Positions 9,647 to 18,838 of a DNA stretch of 64,000 nucleotides are shown piece after piece (positions within the stretch are counted from its first letter, which is position 1; each line of letters opens with the position of its first letter). Position numbers and translations under genes: made by a program. The notes below the pieces were generated by a model. The model ran no database searches and was not told the origin of the DNA. It saw only the letters and a list, made by a program, of their open reading frames with translations. Source of the stretch: Firmicutes bacterium UBA5286 (lineage in GTDB: Bacteria; Bacillota; Proteinivoracia; UBA4975); assembly GCA_002408465.1 (NCBI GenBank), contig DHSM01000006.1, positions 131,392 through 195,391 of the forward strand, written 5' to 3'.

Positions 9647-11588
9647 TCTCACACCCCTCCTCTCCCGCCAGCGCCCCATACAGCGCTGCCAACAATTCCC
9701 CATCCTGCTCAAACCCCTGACTGTCAATATTGGCGGCGGCCACAAGCAAATGCCCGCCGCAGCGGCGGAGTAGCGCTCTGGCCACCCTAGCCCCATTGTG
9801 GAGGCTGACAGACTGGTTGTATTCATCGGTCCAGATTTCCCCCTGAGGCCAGCGGGCCATAAGCACGTGGGGATTAATCAGCTCTCGCACATCCTGCTGA
9901 AACCAACGCCGGCTGGTGCAATCCATCCATACCTGCACTGTCGAGCGGAGATGTCCGGAGATATAGGCATAGGGCGTAGTCAAGATGACAGCATGCTCCC
10001 GGTTTGCCGGCTCTAGCAGACTCTCGGCCGCCACAGTTCCTGCCGAAAGCATGCGGATAAAGGCGGCGCCGGGGCTTGTACCCAGGTTAATGCGCCCTGT
10101 AGTCTTAATAAATTTATGGGCAGATACCAGCAGCTGCCTGCAGACCACCAAGTCATCGCGAGCGGGAGGCAGCCGGGAAAGCAGTTCACCAAAGACCCGT
10201 TGAAAGAAGAGGTCAATTGGCTGTTCGGGCCCCTGGCGGTAACTGTCCAGCCATTGTCGCAAGAGATCATAGCCCTGGGCGGCCCGAAAGCCCACCCGCT
10301 CCCGCTGCCACAGCTCCAGGGCCGGTAAATTGCAGTCCAAGACCTGCCGGCTCAGCAACCAGGCGCGCACGGGGTCCAGCTTGAGCAGCAGCTGCAAGGA
10401 CTGGGCCAGGTCAGGCACCCCCCAATCCAGTTGCCACTGGGGATGAGCCAACAGGGCCAAGGTCATCATCGCCCGCACATAAGGCTCGTCAATAAGGCGC
10501 CGATTCTTGGTGAGCACATTGAGAGACACTCCAGCTTCCTTGAGATGAAAGGCGAGAGTATGCTCCAGGACCTTATCTGCCAGGGGAGCAATGACTGCAA
10601 TTTCAGAAGCAGGCACCCCCTGGGCAAGCAGGCGCACAACCCTTTCCCCCACCCGGTCCAGGAGCTCGCTGCGCAGATCTTCATGAATCAGCTCGATTTG
10701 CGGCCGCCGTCTGGGCAAGACGGGGACGTTGCCAGAAAGGATACTTGAATACACTGCCCTTCCCGCCCCCAGCTGCTGCTGAGAGCGCACCGGCACAATT
10801 TTGCCAATGGCGCCGAAGCGCTGCCAGGCCCCTTGGGCATCGGCCCCGAAAAAACCGGCGTGGCCGCCGTCGGTGCTGAAAGTGAGCACAGCGCTCTCCA
10901 CATGTTCCAGCAACGCTGCAATTAAATCTTGGGCGGCAGGAGACTGTTCATCCACATCGTCTGCCAGCAGATGCTTAAATTGCCGCAATTCCTGGCGGTA
11001 CCAGGGCTCAGCCAGCAGCTGGCGGTAAAGGGCCACCGCCAAACCATAATCCAGGGTTCCGGACTTTTCCGCCCCCGCAATATAACTGTCCAGCACCTGC
11101 TGGGCAGATTTATACACATTCGGGTCTTTATCGGGCATTGCCGCTGCCAGACGGCTGCCAATTTCAGAAAAAGCTATTCCGTTCAGGCTAGCCAAAACTA
11201 GACAGCTACCCAGCTGAATGGCCAGGCGTTCGGGACTGGTAACCAAGCCGGCAAAATCTGCCTGCCTGGTCTGGATATGCCGAAGCATGGCAAACTGACC
11301 GGTCTCAACGGTGAGGAATTCCGGCTCCAGCCACATCTCTCCCCAAGGATCCAGGCGCGGCCAACAGCGCCGGATTTCCCGCTGCACCCAGCCAAAATAT
11401 GTATACACATGCAAGGGACCGGCCCAGGGAAAATCCACCCGCTCACGCCAGTCCCGGACATCCCGGGCGTTCCACAGCAGCACCAGGATTGAATCAGTTC
11501 TTCCTTTTCGGGCCAAAGAACTGTAGCGCTGCCACAGCTTTTCAGTTTTCCCCGCCCCACCTGGGCCCACCAAGAGCATCCTCTCCAT
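9621..11588 (-). CDS. P-loop SF1-helicase-like protein (AddB/RexB N-terminal-like, possibly degenerate helicase)
   Basis: N-terminal Walker A LLVGPGGAGKTEK, DExx-like LLADDVDEQ and a degenerate motif V/VI region near the C-terminus. No nuclease motif. Confidence 0.55.
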   Translation of the reverse strand: MERMLLVGPGGAGKTEKLWQRYSSLARKGRTDSILVLLWNARDVRDWRERVDFPWAGPLHVYTYFGWVQREIRRCWPRLDPWGEMWLEPEFLTVETGQFAMLRHIQTRQADFAGLVTSPERLAIQLGSCLVLASLNGIAFSEIGSRLAAAMPDKDPNVYKSAQQVLDSYIAGAEKSGTLDYGLAVALYRQLLAEPWYRQELRQFKHLLADDVDEQSPAAQDLIAALLEHVESAVLTFSTDGGHAGFFGADAQGAWQRFGAIGKIVPVRSQQQLGAGRAVYSSILSGNVPVLPRRRPQIELIHEDLRSELLDRVGERVVRLLAQGVPASEIAVIAPLADKVLEHTLAFHLKEAGVSLNVLTKNRRLIDEPYVRAMMTLALLAHPQWQLDWGVPDLAQSLQLLLKLDPVRAWLLSRQVLDCNLPALELWQRERVGFRAAQGYDLLRQWLDSYRQGPEQPIDLFFQRVFGELLSRLPPARDDLVVCRQLLVSAHKFIKTTGRINLGTSPGAAFIRMLSAGTVAAESLLEPANREHAVILTTPYAYISGHLRSTVQVWMDCTSRRWFQQDVRELINPHVLMARWPQGEIWTDEYNQSVSLHNGARVARALLRRCGGHLLVAAANIDSQGFEQDGELLAALYGALAGEEGCENALSTGTK

Positions 11589-11627
11589 CCCAACCCCTCC
11601 CGTCCCTATTATATCATTGGTCCATGC

Positions 11628-11690
11628 AACAAGGGACGGTCAATTGCTTCCTGGATTGTGTAATCCCAGGTGCGGAAGCAATTAAACCGT
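11628..11690. repeat. Long imperfect palindrome (about 18-bp arms) at the GC-content break
   Basis: gggacggtcaattgcttcc ... ggaagcaattaaaccgtcccc, with a nested cctggatt/atcccagg pair in the loop. Confidence 0.6.
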
Positions 11691-11774
11691 CCCCATCCTA
11701 ACAATCATGTCGCTCTAGTTGAGCACAAACTCAATGGCCCGGAACAGCTGGGTAATATTCCCTATGAAAATGGT

Positions 11775-12446
11775 CTACGCAATCATCCCGTCCACAATGT
11801 TCAAGGTTCTATTGCAGTATTGGCTGATATTCGGATTATGAGTAACAATTATCACTGTCTTGCCTTCCCTGTTCAGTTTTTGAAGCAAGCTTAGAATTTC
11901 ATCTGAAAGCCTTGTATCCAAAGCTCCTGTTGGTTCATCCGCCAAGATAATCTCTGGCTCATTTACCATTGCCCTAGCAATAGCGACCCGCTGTTTTTCA
12001 CCACCAGAGAGATTACGGGTAAGCCGTTTGGCCAATTTACTAATCTCAAGTTTTTCCATTATTTTATAAGCACGCCTTTCCATATCGCTCCATTTAACCG
12101 ACTTATTAAATAGCAAGGGGGTGATGACATTCTCTATGGCCGTGCGATCATTTAAGATGCCGAAATCCTGAAGAACAAACCCAACCTGTTTGTTTCGAAT
12201 TTTGGCAAGCATGTTCTGTTTTAATGTGCTGACCAATTGTCCGTTAAGGAAGTACTTACCATCCGTGGGATAATCAAGACAGCCAATAATGTTCAATAAG
12301 GTTGACTTTCCAGAACCAGATGGGCCCATTATGGCTAACATTTCACCTTTATCAACAGTCAAACTGATCCCCTTTAGGGCATGTATTTGTTCTGGAGTAT
12401 TCTGATTATAGATTTTATGTAAGCCGTGAACCTGAATATAAGTCAT
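11775..12446 (-). CDS. ABC transporter ATP-binding protein (MacB/LolD/FtsE-like)
   Basis: Walker [10 protein letters not shown], signature [14 protein letters not shown], Walker [12 protein letters not shown]. Confidence 0.9.
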   Translation of the reverse strand: MTYIQVHGLHKIYNQNTPEQIHALKGISLTVDKGEMLAIMGPSGSGKSTLLNIIGCLDYPTDGKYFLNGQLVSTLKQNMLAKIRNKQVGFVLQDFGILNDRTAIENVITPLLFNKSVKWSDMERRAYKIMEKLEISKLAKRLTRNLSGGEKQRVAIARAMVNEPEIILADEPTGALDTRLSDEILSLLQKLNREGKTVIIVTHNPNISQYCNRTLNIVDGMIA

Positions 12447-12452
12447 TATTTT

Positions 12453-13724
12453 TCATCCCTTTCTCATTAAGCTGGAAAGACTTCTGTCTCTGTATAAAAA
12501 TAAAACTGTAACCATTGAAACTAACATATATGCAGCACATATTCCTAAAGTGACTATTATACTCAGAGGACTATATAGCATCGTGTCAGTATTCTCTGCT
12601 GCAGATATTCCCACTTTCACAGCGCCAAGAGCAACTACTGCAGGCAGGAAGACAATTATTGCGTTACATGCCATTTCCACAAAAAACAGATGGGGCCAGT
12701 CCATTCCATGCATAAGATAAATCACGACTTCCTGCCTGTTTTTTAACATCTGCAATATATTGTAGCCACTGATTCCAATTAAGGATATTAGGGCAACTAC
12801 CAAACCAAGACTGATAAAGCTCCTATTCCCTATAATAATCTGCTTTCTTTCCCTGCTATCTATATCTTCAAAAGAAATAAATTTTCCTAACCCTTCCGCC
12901 TCAGCTTGATTGTTCCACTGGTCTACTAATAAATCTATAGGTCCATTACCTTCAAAAAAACAGATAAAACTCGGATCTTCGGCGGTAAATTGTTTAATAT
13001 TGTCATCGCCCAACCCAAAGGGCGGCAAAATACAAAAGAAATCTCTGCTATGGGAGATTCTTTTTCCCACAAGATCTGAGAGCAAAATGCTATCTATATT
13101 TCCACCGGGAAAGGTGTAATAGCAATATTTATTTTGCAAAACTCCTATTACCGTAGTTTTTACCTTATACAATTCCTCATTATGTCCGATGGTCAAATCC
13201 ATTTGAGACCCCAACCCGTACATTTTGCTTAATGGACCGCTAACTATTATAGGTACAGTCCCGTTGGTAGTTAACAAGTCTCTTAACTTACCCTCCCTTA
13301 AAGGAAGAAACAGACTTTCCAGCAACACAGTGTCATAAACCTGGAAACCAGCCAGGGCATATTCCTGTTGTTCTGTGTCCCAAACCAATCCCATTCCAGC
13401 GTGGACGGTTCCAACAGCAATTATATCCTGATACCTGGTGATACTAGTTTTCATTTCATAGTAGCTGTTGAAAATATCCTCAGAGCCATCATATATGTTG
13501 CCTGTTTTTCCCCCGATTAAATTGCAGAAGCGTTCAGCCGGCAAAAATAGCACAGCATTATCTAGCTTGGAAGTCTTTATCAGATTTCGGGACTGATTAA
13601 CATAAGCGAACTTTGCAGAAAGTATGTTAAATATCAAACACATAAGCATAATCTGAGTCATTAACACAATAATACTACCTTTGTTTTTCCACATTCCCTT
13701 GCAGATAATGTACAGATTTTTCAC
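12453..13724 (-). CDS. FtsX-family ABC permease (MacB-type, large extracytoplasmic domain)
   Basis: N-terminal TM, about 250-aa periplasmic-type domain, three C-terminal TM helices. Stop overlaps the ATPase start region. Confidence 0.7.
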   Translation of the reverse strand: MKNLYIICKGMWKNKGSIIVLMTQIMLMCLIFNILSAKFAYVNQSRNLIKTSKLDNAVLFLPAERFCNLIGGKTGNIYDGSEDIFNSYYEMKTSITRYQDIIAVGTVHAGMGLVWDTEQQEYALAGFQVYDTVLLESLFLPLREGKLRDLLTTNGTVPIIVSGPLSKMYGLGSQMDLTIGHNEELYKVKTTVIGVLQNKYCYYTFPGGNIDSILLSDLVGKRISHSRDFFCILPPFGLGDDNIKQFTAEDPSFICFFEGNGPIDLLVDQWNNQAEAEGLGKFISFEDIDSRERKQIIIGNRSFISLGLVVALISLIGISGYNILQMLKNRQEVVIYLMHGMDWPHLFFVEMACNAIIVFLPAVVALGAVKVGISAAENTDTMLYSPLSIIVTLGICAAYMLVSMVTVLFLYRDRSLSSLMRKG

Positions 13725-14863
13725 TGCCAGTTTCCCCCAATATGCCGTGCAATTTGGCGCCTCAGCGCCTGGGGCATCAGCCTAGATACCGTCCATGCTA
13801 TTGCATGGGAAAATAATAGGGTCAAGAATAGACAGCAAATATATAGAATCCAGATATTGGTTATATCTATCCTGTAGTAAAGGTACCCTAATGGTATAAG
13901 AAGCGGTGATACAGTGTGGTAAACCAACAAACCCAGTCCGAAAGATACTGATGTAATGATAATAGCTTCAAATACTATATGGGAATACAACCAGAATCTT
14001 GTGCATCCACAAATAATATAGGTGTAGTATTTTTTGGTATTATAACTAATCCAATATCTATAAAAAGAAAAGACGTTAACCAAACTAAGTCCTACTGCTA
14101 ATACGATTAATAATAACAGGAGATAGATTTCATATAAATACTTCTGATCGCTGGGAACCGGAAGTGAAAGTGACTCATGAGGAAACAGGGAATAAAATTT
14201 GTCATTAAACCGCTCTATTTGACTTTCCGTAAGTGCGGTTTCAAAATAGAAATCTACTGTTGCACAAGATCCTGCAACTTTTTTATATTCTTTGAAGGGT
14301 ATGATCGCATTTCTTTCATTAACTAATTCCGGAGACCCTTTTACAGGCGATATTACCGGAAAAACCCCTACGCCAATTACATTATACTTGTTACCCTGAA
14401 TGGCAAATTGGGCCCCGCTGATATTCATGAGTTTATCAAAGTCGAGAAGGCAACTTGAAAGCAAAACCGGCCTCTCTGTATTGATGGCTGAATTAAAGTC
14501 TCGTCCTGTTTCCAGCACATAGCCTATGGAATTGCCATAATAGCCTGTTAGAATATAGTCGCCATCCTCAATATAGGTATGGGCATAAAGTCTGCTGATT
14601 TCTGGGAGATAGTTACTGGTATAAATTTCCTGCTCAATAAATTGGAGAACGTTTTTTAGATTTGAGTTGTCAAAGTACATGGTAAAGTGGCGCAAGCTCA
14701 TATGAATACTATCCAGTTCCTTATAGCGTGCTATATTATCGGCATAGAAGTATATAAATGCTGAGAAACATGTTGTTAAGCCAAGCAACATCACAAAAAA
14801 AATCAAAGTCTTTTTTTTGATAAAATCAATGACATCATAAATGACATGAAAAATAAACTTCAT
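13721..14863 (-). CDS. FtsX-family-like ABC permease (second permease)
   Basis: Same topology (N-terminal TM, large loop, C-terminal TM bundle). Start at MKFIF preceded by AAAGGAGA. ATGA overlap with the downstream gene. Confidence 0.6.
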   Translation of the reverse strand: MKFIFHVIYDVIDFIKKKTLIFFVMLLGLTTCFSAFIYFYADNIARYKELDSIHMSLRHFTMYFDNSNLKNVLQFIEQEIYTSNYLPEISRLYAHTYIEDGDYILTGYYGNSIGYVLETGRDFNSAINTERPVLLSSCLLDFDKLMNISGAQFAIQGNKYNVIGVGVFPVISPVKGSPELVNERNAIIPFKEYKKVAGSCATVDFYFETALTESQIERFNDKFYSLFPHESLSLPVPSDQKYLYEIYLLLLLIVLAVGLSLVNVFSFYRYWISYNTKKYYTYIICGCTRFWLYSHIVFEAIIITSVSFGLGLLVYHTVSPLLIPLGYLYYRIDITNIWILYICCLFLTLLFSHAIAWTVSRLMPQALRRQIARHIGGNWQ

Positions 14864-15091
14864 AAGGGTCTCCTTTCGTAAAAGGACTGTATTTCTTGTA
14901 TACATTTCTCCTAGTTTTTTGTTATTCCATCATCTTTCCCTGTGAGGAATATACCAAATATAATATATTGAGTCAATGTTTTAGATATACCCCCTGACTG
15001 AACCGAGTAAATAGTGGATATTAATGCATGGGAGAATCATCCTCTTACTGGATACATTATAAAGACTTCTTCTGCTTCAAAAGTAAAAACG

Positions 15092-15122
15092 GCTCCCAGA
15101 GGAAGCCGTCCTATCTGCACCA
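15092..15122 (-). terminator. Terminator downstream of the ABC exporter remnant
   Basis: acggctcc-caga-ggaagccgt hairpin with a preceding A-run on plus, giving a T-run on minus. Confidence 0.45.
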
Positions 15123-15142
15123 CATAGACATTGTTTTTGTCC

Positions 15143-16124
15143 TCACGCGCTCCGGGCCGTGAGGATACCATCGGTCATCCTGTAGACCTGGTCGGCGGCG
15201 TCGGCGATGGCCAAGTCATGGGTGACCACCACGACGCAGTAGTTTTCAGCGTGGGCCAGGTGCCGGAGTATGTCCATGACCCTGTTGCCGTTGGCGGTAT
15301 CCAGATTGCCAGTGGGCTCGTCGGCCAGCAGCAATCGTGCCCCGGTGGAAAGCGCCCGGGCAATGGCCACCCGCTGCTGCTCCCCGCCCGAGAGGTTGGA
15401 CAGAAAGCGCCGCCGCTTTTCCTCGGCAATGTCGTGCCCCTGGCCCTGGCCCAGGAGCGGGCCAGGGAAATGCTGGCCGCCGAAAGTACACACTGAAATT
15501 GGCGCAACTCAAATAGTCGATACTCTCTTATATCGGCGCCGTTAATCCTGATTACACCTTTATCCGGGTCATATAGCCGCAGTAGCAGCTTTATAAGCGT
15601 TGACTTGCCCGAGCCATTCAGCCCTACCAGGGCTACCTTTTCTTGACGGTGGAGGAGAAAACTCACATCTTCCAGGGCAGGTACTTGGCCCCTGGATAAG
15701 TAAAGGAAACATGCTCAAATTCTATAGATTCGACCCTGTCAAGACGCTTAGTACCCTTATCCGCAATGCGGTTATGGAAGCTCTCCAGGGTTTTAATATT
15801 TGCGATCTTTAACTGATTGTCATAAATCTGCATGGCTGAGTGGGTAAGCAGGGAAATGGCCGCCCAAAGCTGGCTTAAGAGGCCGGTATACAGGGAATAA
15901 TCCCCCACTGTCGCCATACCGTCCAGCACCCGAAACGCAATATTGACGCCGATGAGCACAACGACGACCTCCGGCAGACAATCCAGCAGGCAGGTCAGGA
16001 TTGTACGTTTCCGGGTCATGTCCCTCCGCTTGCCAAAAAGCTCCTTCCACAGCCGGGCATAACGATCTTTTAAGCGTTCTCCCGCATTGAACACCCGAAC
16101 ATCCTGGGCATAGCCCTTGTCCAC
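15143..16124 (-). pseudogene. Frameshifted, N-terminally truncated ABC exporter (permease-ATPase fusion) remnant
   Basis: Three overlapping minus-strand ORFs in different frames. 15663-16124 holds the end of the TM domain and the start of the NBD (IEFEHVSFTYP). 15175-15666 has Walker A GLNGSGKSTLIKLL then goes out of frame. 15143-15493 has [15 protein letters not shown], Walker B LLLADEPTGNLD and the H-loop VVVVTHD. Upstream is too short for a full TMD. Confidence 0.75.
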
Positions 16125-16262
16125 AGCAATGCTCTGATAATAGCTCTTATGCGTTCCCCGTTTATCTGGGCAATGCTCAGATGGTACAGGGACTTTGTGT
16201 ATTTTGCAGCCGCAATTGAGCTAATTTATAGTCACTTTCTTCATCTAGTGGAACTCCTTTCG

Positions 16263-17594
16263 CTAGTTGCAGGCTATATCCTGTTTCTTAAAGATAACGG
16301 CGCCCACTATAAAAAGCAAGATTGTTGCTATGGACAGGGTGAGCAGGCTGCTGAGGTAGGTAGAAGCCAGGCTCCCTTCCAGTAAGGGAACGACATCGGC
16401 CTTGGAGAAGAGATCCCAGGCAGTTGTGCTTAAGTTAGGTATTATGTTGCCAAAGGCGCTACCCAATACAAAGATTCCGGCGGCGACTAGGTGGGCAATG
16501 ACCTCATTCTTAACCAGGATTGAAATCAATAATCCCAGAGCGGTGCAGAAGAGGATAAAGAGCAGTATTTGCACAGCAGCCAGGCCGAAGAACTGCCAGA
16601 GGGGAATAAAGTCATATAATTCCAGTCTGGATACATCCGCCAGAACGGGAATCTTGCTGAGTCCGGTGTCGTAAAACCCTATATTTATTCCCATATCTTT
16701 AAATACTGTAAAGCTTGACAGGACATTCTTATCAAGAAGTACGGGGTAGTTTAATCCTCGGAAGCCGTGCCTGATACCCAGAATTAGAATGGACAAGATC
16801 TGGGGAAGAACTATTACGCTGCTGCTGGCGAAAAAACTCAGGGAGAGCTTGCGCAACAAATAACGAGTCCTGCTCAAGGGAGCAGATAAACTCACCTTTA
16901 TTACGCCAGAGCTCTTATCTCTGTGCAACATATTGACAGACATTAAGAGGACGACGATTCCCAAAATGTTGGGTAAACCACGACGCAGAAAATTAAACGT
17001 GAAAGCCCAGGGGGAAGTATCGTGGGCCCCGGTTGGGGGGAGGCCGGTCTTTACCATCTCCAAGTAATAACATGCATTTATCATGATAGCTAAAACTTCA
17101 TCTGGTGCAAATGTTGCCGCTGCGGCAGGGTGTACCATAAAACTTGGGTAGTCCAACTCCTCAGTAATATTCTCCCAGTCGCCGCCAAAAAACTGTTGGG
17201 GACATGGTGAAACGTTTTTTAAAAGGTGGTCCCAAGATAGCAACCGGTCTTCTGCCCGGGACCTATGGTATTCCACCCAGTCTCGCGACATATATGATTC
17301 ATAAATTCTCCTCGCCAATAAAACACGATAGTGGTAATACTCCTGGGATTTCTCATACTCCTCGGGGGATGCACTAATTGCCCCTCCCCGCCACCAGCTC
17401 TCAACTATATCCACAACGCCCTCATTTCCACCAATACTAGCTTTTAGAGCTGCTATCTTTTGACTCTCTGCACCCTTACTTTCATGCAAGGCTTGCTGAA
17501 TAAAGACCAATTGAAACAAGAAGAGAATCAGGATGAGGATTAAAAACTTATAGCTTTTACATATGCTTTTCAGTTCAAGGAAGAAGGATTCCAT
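16263..17594 (-). CDS. ABC-2 family transporter permease
   Basis: Multi-TM membrane protein at the end of the ATPase + 2 permease operon. Large extracytoplasmic loop then a TM bundle. Confidence 0.65.
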   Translation of the reverse strand: MESFFLELKSICKSYKFLILILILFLFQLVFIQQALHESKGAESQKIAALKASIGGNEGVVDIVESWWRGGAISASPEEYEKSQEYYHYRVLLARRIYESYMSRDWVEYHRSRAEDRLLSWDHLLKNVSPCPQQFFGGDWENITEELDYPSFMVHPAAAATFAPDEVLAIMINACYYLEMVKTGLPPTGAHDTSPWAFTFNFLRRGLPNILGIVVLLMSVNMLHRDKSSGVIKVSLSAPLSRTRYLLRKLSLSFFASSSVIVLPQILSILILGIRHGFRGLNYPVLLDKNVLSSFTVFKDMGINIGFYDTGLSKIPVLADVSRLELYDFIPLWQFFGLAAVQILLFILFCTALGLLISILVKNEVIAHLVAAGIFVLGSAFGNIIPNLSTTAWDLFSKADVVPLLEGSLASTYLSSLLTLSIATILLFIVGAVIFKKQDIACN

Positions 17595-18838
17595 TATGCC
17601 GGGCCTCCCTTCAGGTCTTGTTTATTCAGGACAACCAAGCTTAGAGCCAGGAGCAGGAATGTACATCCCCCCAGCAGGGTCAGGTAGGCCAGAGCGGAAC
17701 CAATATAAAAGCCCTGAAAAACATCCTTAAAGCCCAGGGCTGCAAAGGGCCAGGCCAGGTAGAAGCTGCTGCCGGTGGGGAAGAGAATCCGGAAGCTGTA
17801 ATCCAGGAAAAGCAAGCAAATAACAGCGCTCAGGGCATTGGCCGTGCTGCCAAGCAGTAATGAAGCTGTTCCGGTAAGGGCGAGAGTAAAACAGGACATC
17901 AACAGGTAGATTGGAATCACTCCCGCAATGTATGCAGACCAGGGCACCAGGGGTAGCACAGTGTCGGCAGCGGAGGGATCCGTGACCAAACTGGTATAGG
18001 AGCCCTCCATGTAAAAGACTGGGTAGTTTATGTCTCCCAATCCACGAACCAAGGACAGAACACCAAAGGTCAGGGCGATGAGCCCTGTGACCAAAACGAT
18101 ACTGGCAGTTATGTTGAGACCAAACTTCACTACATGAATAATGCTGCGTTTATGGGGCTGGGAGTACAGGACCTTGTATGCTCCGCCTTCAATGTCTTCA
18201 GCAAATAAGTCCATGCTCAGCATCAATAGGGTAATTACTACAATTAGTATCCAGGGGAAGCTGGTGAGATGGTAGAGGAAGTTGGCTGCAGTCATTTCAT
18301 AGGGACTGTTTAGGGGGTCAATATTATCCCTGAGCAGGGCCTGATTCACTACCAGGCGCTCTTCTATTTCTAAGGGATTAGCGCTTTGGGCAAGAATACT
18401 TGTCGACTCAACAAGACCTTCTTCAAAACCGTTGAGCAAATGTTGGTCCCGGGCTATCCAGAGCTCCAGCTTTTCCTGGGCTTTGTCTTTACTGTATTCA
18501 CCGGCTAAGATTGACTGCTGGCAGCAATACACGCGCTGCCACTGTAGGAAGTTTGCCTTCTTCTCCAGTTCAGCAATCACTACTTCGGCGTTGGGTGTGG
18601 TGCCAGCTTTGGCCGCTTCCCGGGCCATCTCCAATTCTTTGTGGACATTCGTCCCCTCAATCTGAATTAAGGCCAGTTCCTGATTAAGTTCAACTTCGAG
18701 GGCAGCCCAGTAATTATTGTCTTGGATAATGTTGTAGGTAATCATGGCCAGGAGGGAAGCTAGAAACACCAGGAGAACAACTAGGTTCTTCTTAGCATAC
18801 CAGAACTTAAGACACTCAAATTGCAGTATCGCCTTCAT
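17594..18838 (-). CDS. ABC-2 family transporter permease
   Basis: N-terminal TM, large soluble loop, C-terminal 5-6 TM. Start overlaps the stop of the ATPase gene. Confidence 0.65.
   Translation of the reverse strand: MKAILQFECLKFWYAKKNLVVLLVFLASLLAMITYNIIQDNNYWAALEVELNQELALIQIEGTNVHKELEMAREAAKAGTTPNAEVVIAELEKKANFLQWQRVYCCQQSILAGEYSKDKAQEKLELWIARDQHLLNGFEEGLVESTSILAQSANPLEIEERLVVNQALLRDNIDPLNSPYEMTAANFLYHLTSFPWILIVVITLLMLSMDLFAEDIEGGAYKVLYSQPHKRSIIHVVKFGLNITASIVLVTGLIALTFGVLSLVRGLGDINYPVFYMEGSYTSLVTDPSAADTVLPLVPWSAYIAGVIPIYLLMSCFTLALTGTASLLLGSTANALSAVICLLFLDYSFRILFPTGSSFYLAWPFAALGFKDVFQGFYIGSALAYLTLLGGCTFLLLALSLVVLNKQDLKGGPA

Larger units (their letters stand above)
11700..15090. other. Low-GC island (about 35-40% GC versus about 55% in the flanks) carrying a 3-gene MacB/FtsX-type ABC transporter
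   Basis: Abrupt compositional shift visible by eye. A/T-rich codon usage in the three genes. Flanked by a palindrome on the left and a terminator plus pseudogene on the right. Confidence 0.6.

Noticed and set aside
7505-9826. Full 773-aa ORF as the helicase gene
   Set aside because: It would overlap the upstream gene by 200 nt. A strong SD with ATG at about 9646, immediately followed by the Walker A region, is the more plausible start.
6733-11588. Annotating the cluster simply as canonical addA/addB
   Set aside because: The protein sizes (655, about 713 and 260 aa) and domain split do not match the roughly 1100-1250 aa AddA and AddB proteins. No AddA-type nuclease domain is visible.
11700-15090. 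Prophage or integrative element
   Set aside because: There are no integrase, recombinase, phage structural or tRNA genes. Only transporter genes are present, so it was reported as a compositional island of unknown mobility.
15131-15545. Plus-strand ORFs 15131-15496 and 15270-15545
   Set aside because: They are antisense to recognisable ABC NBD motifs on the minus strand in a GC-rich region, so they are spurious.
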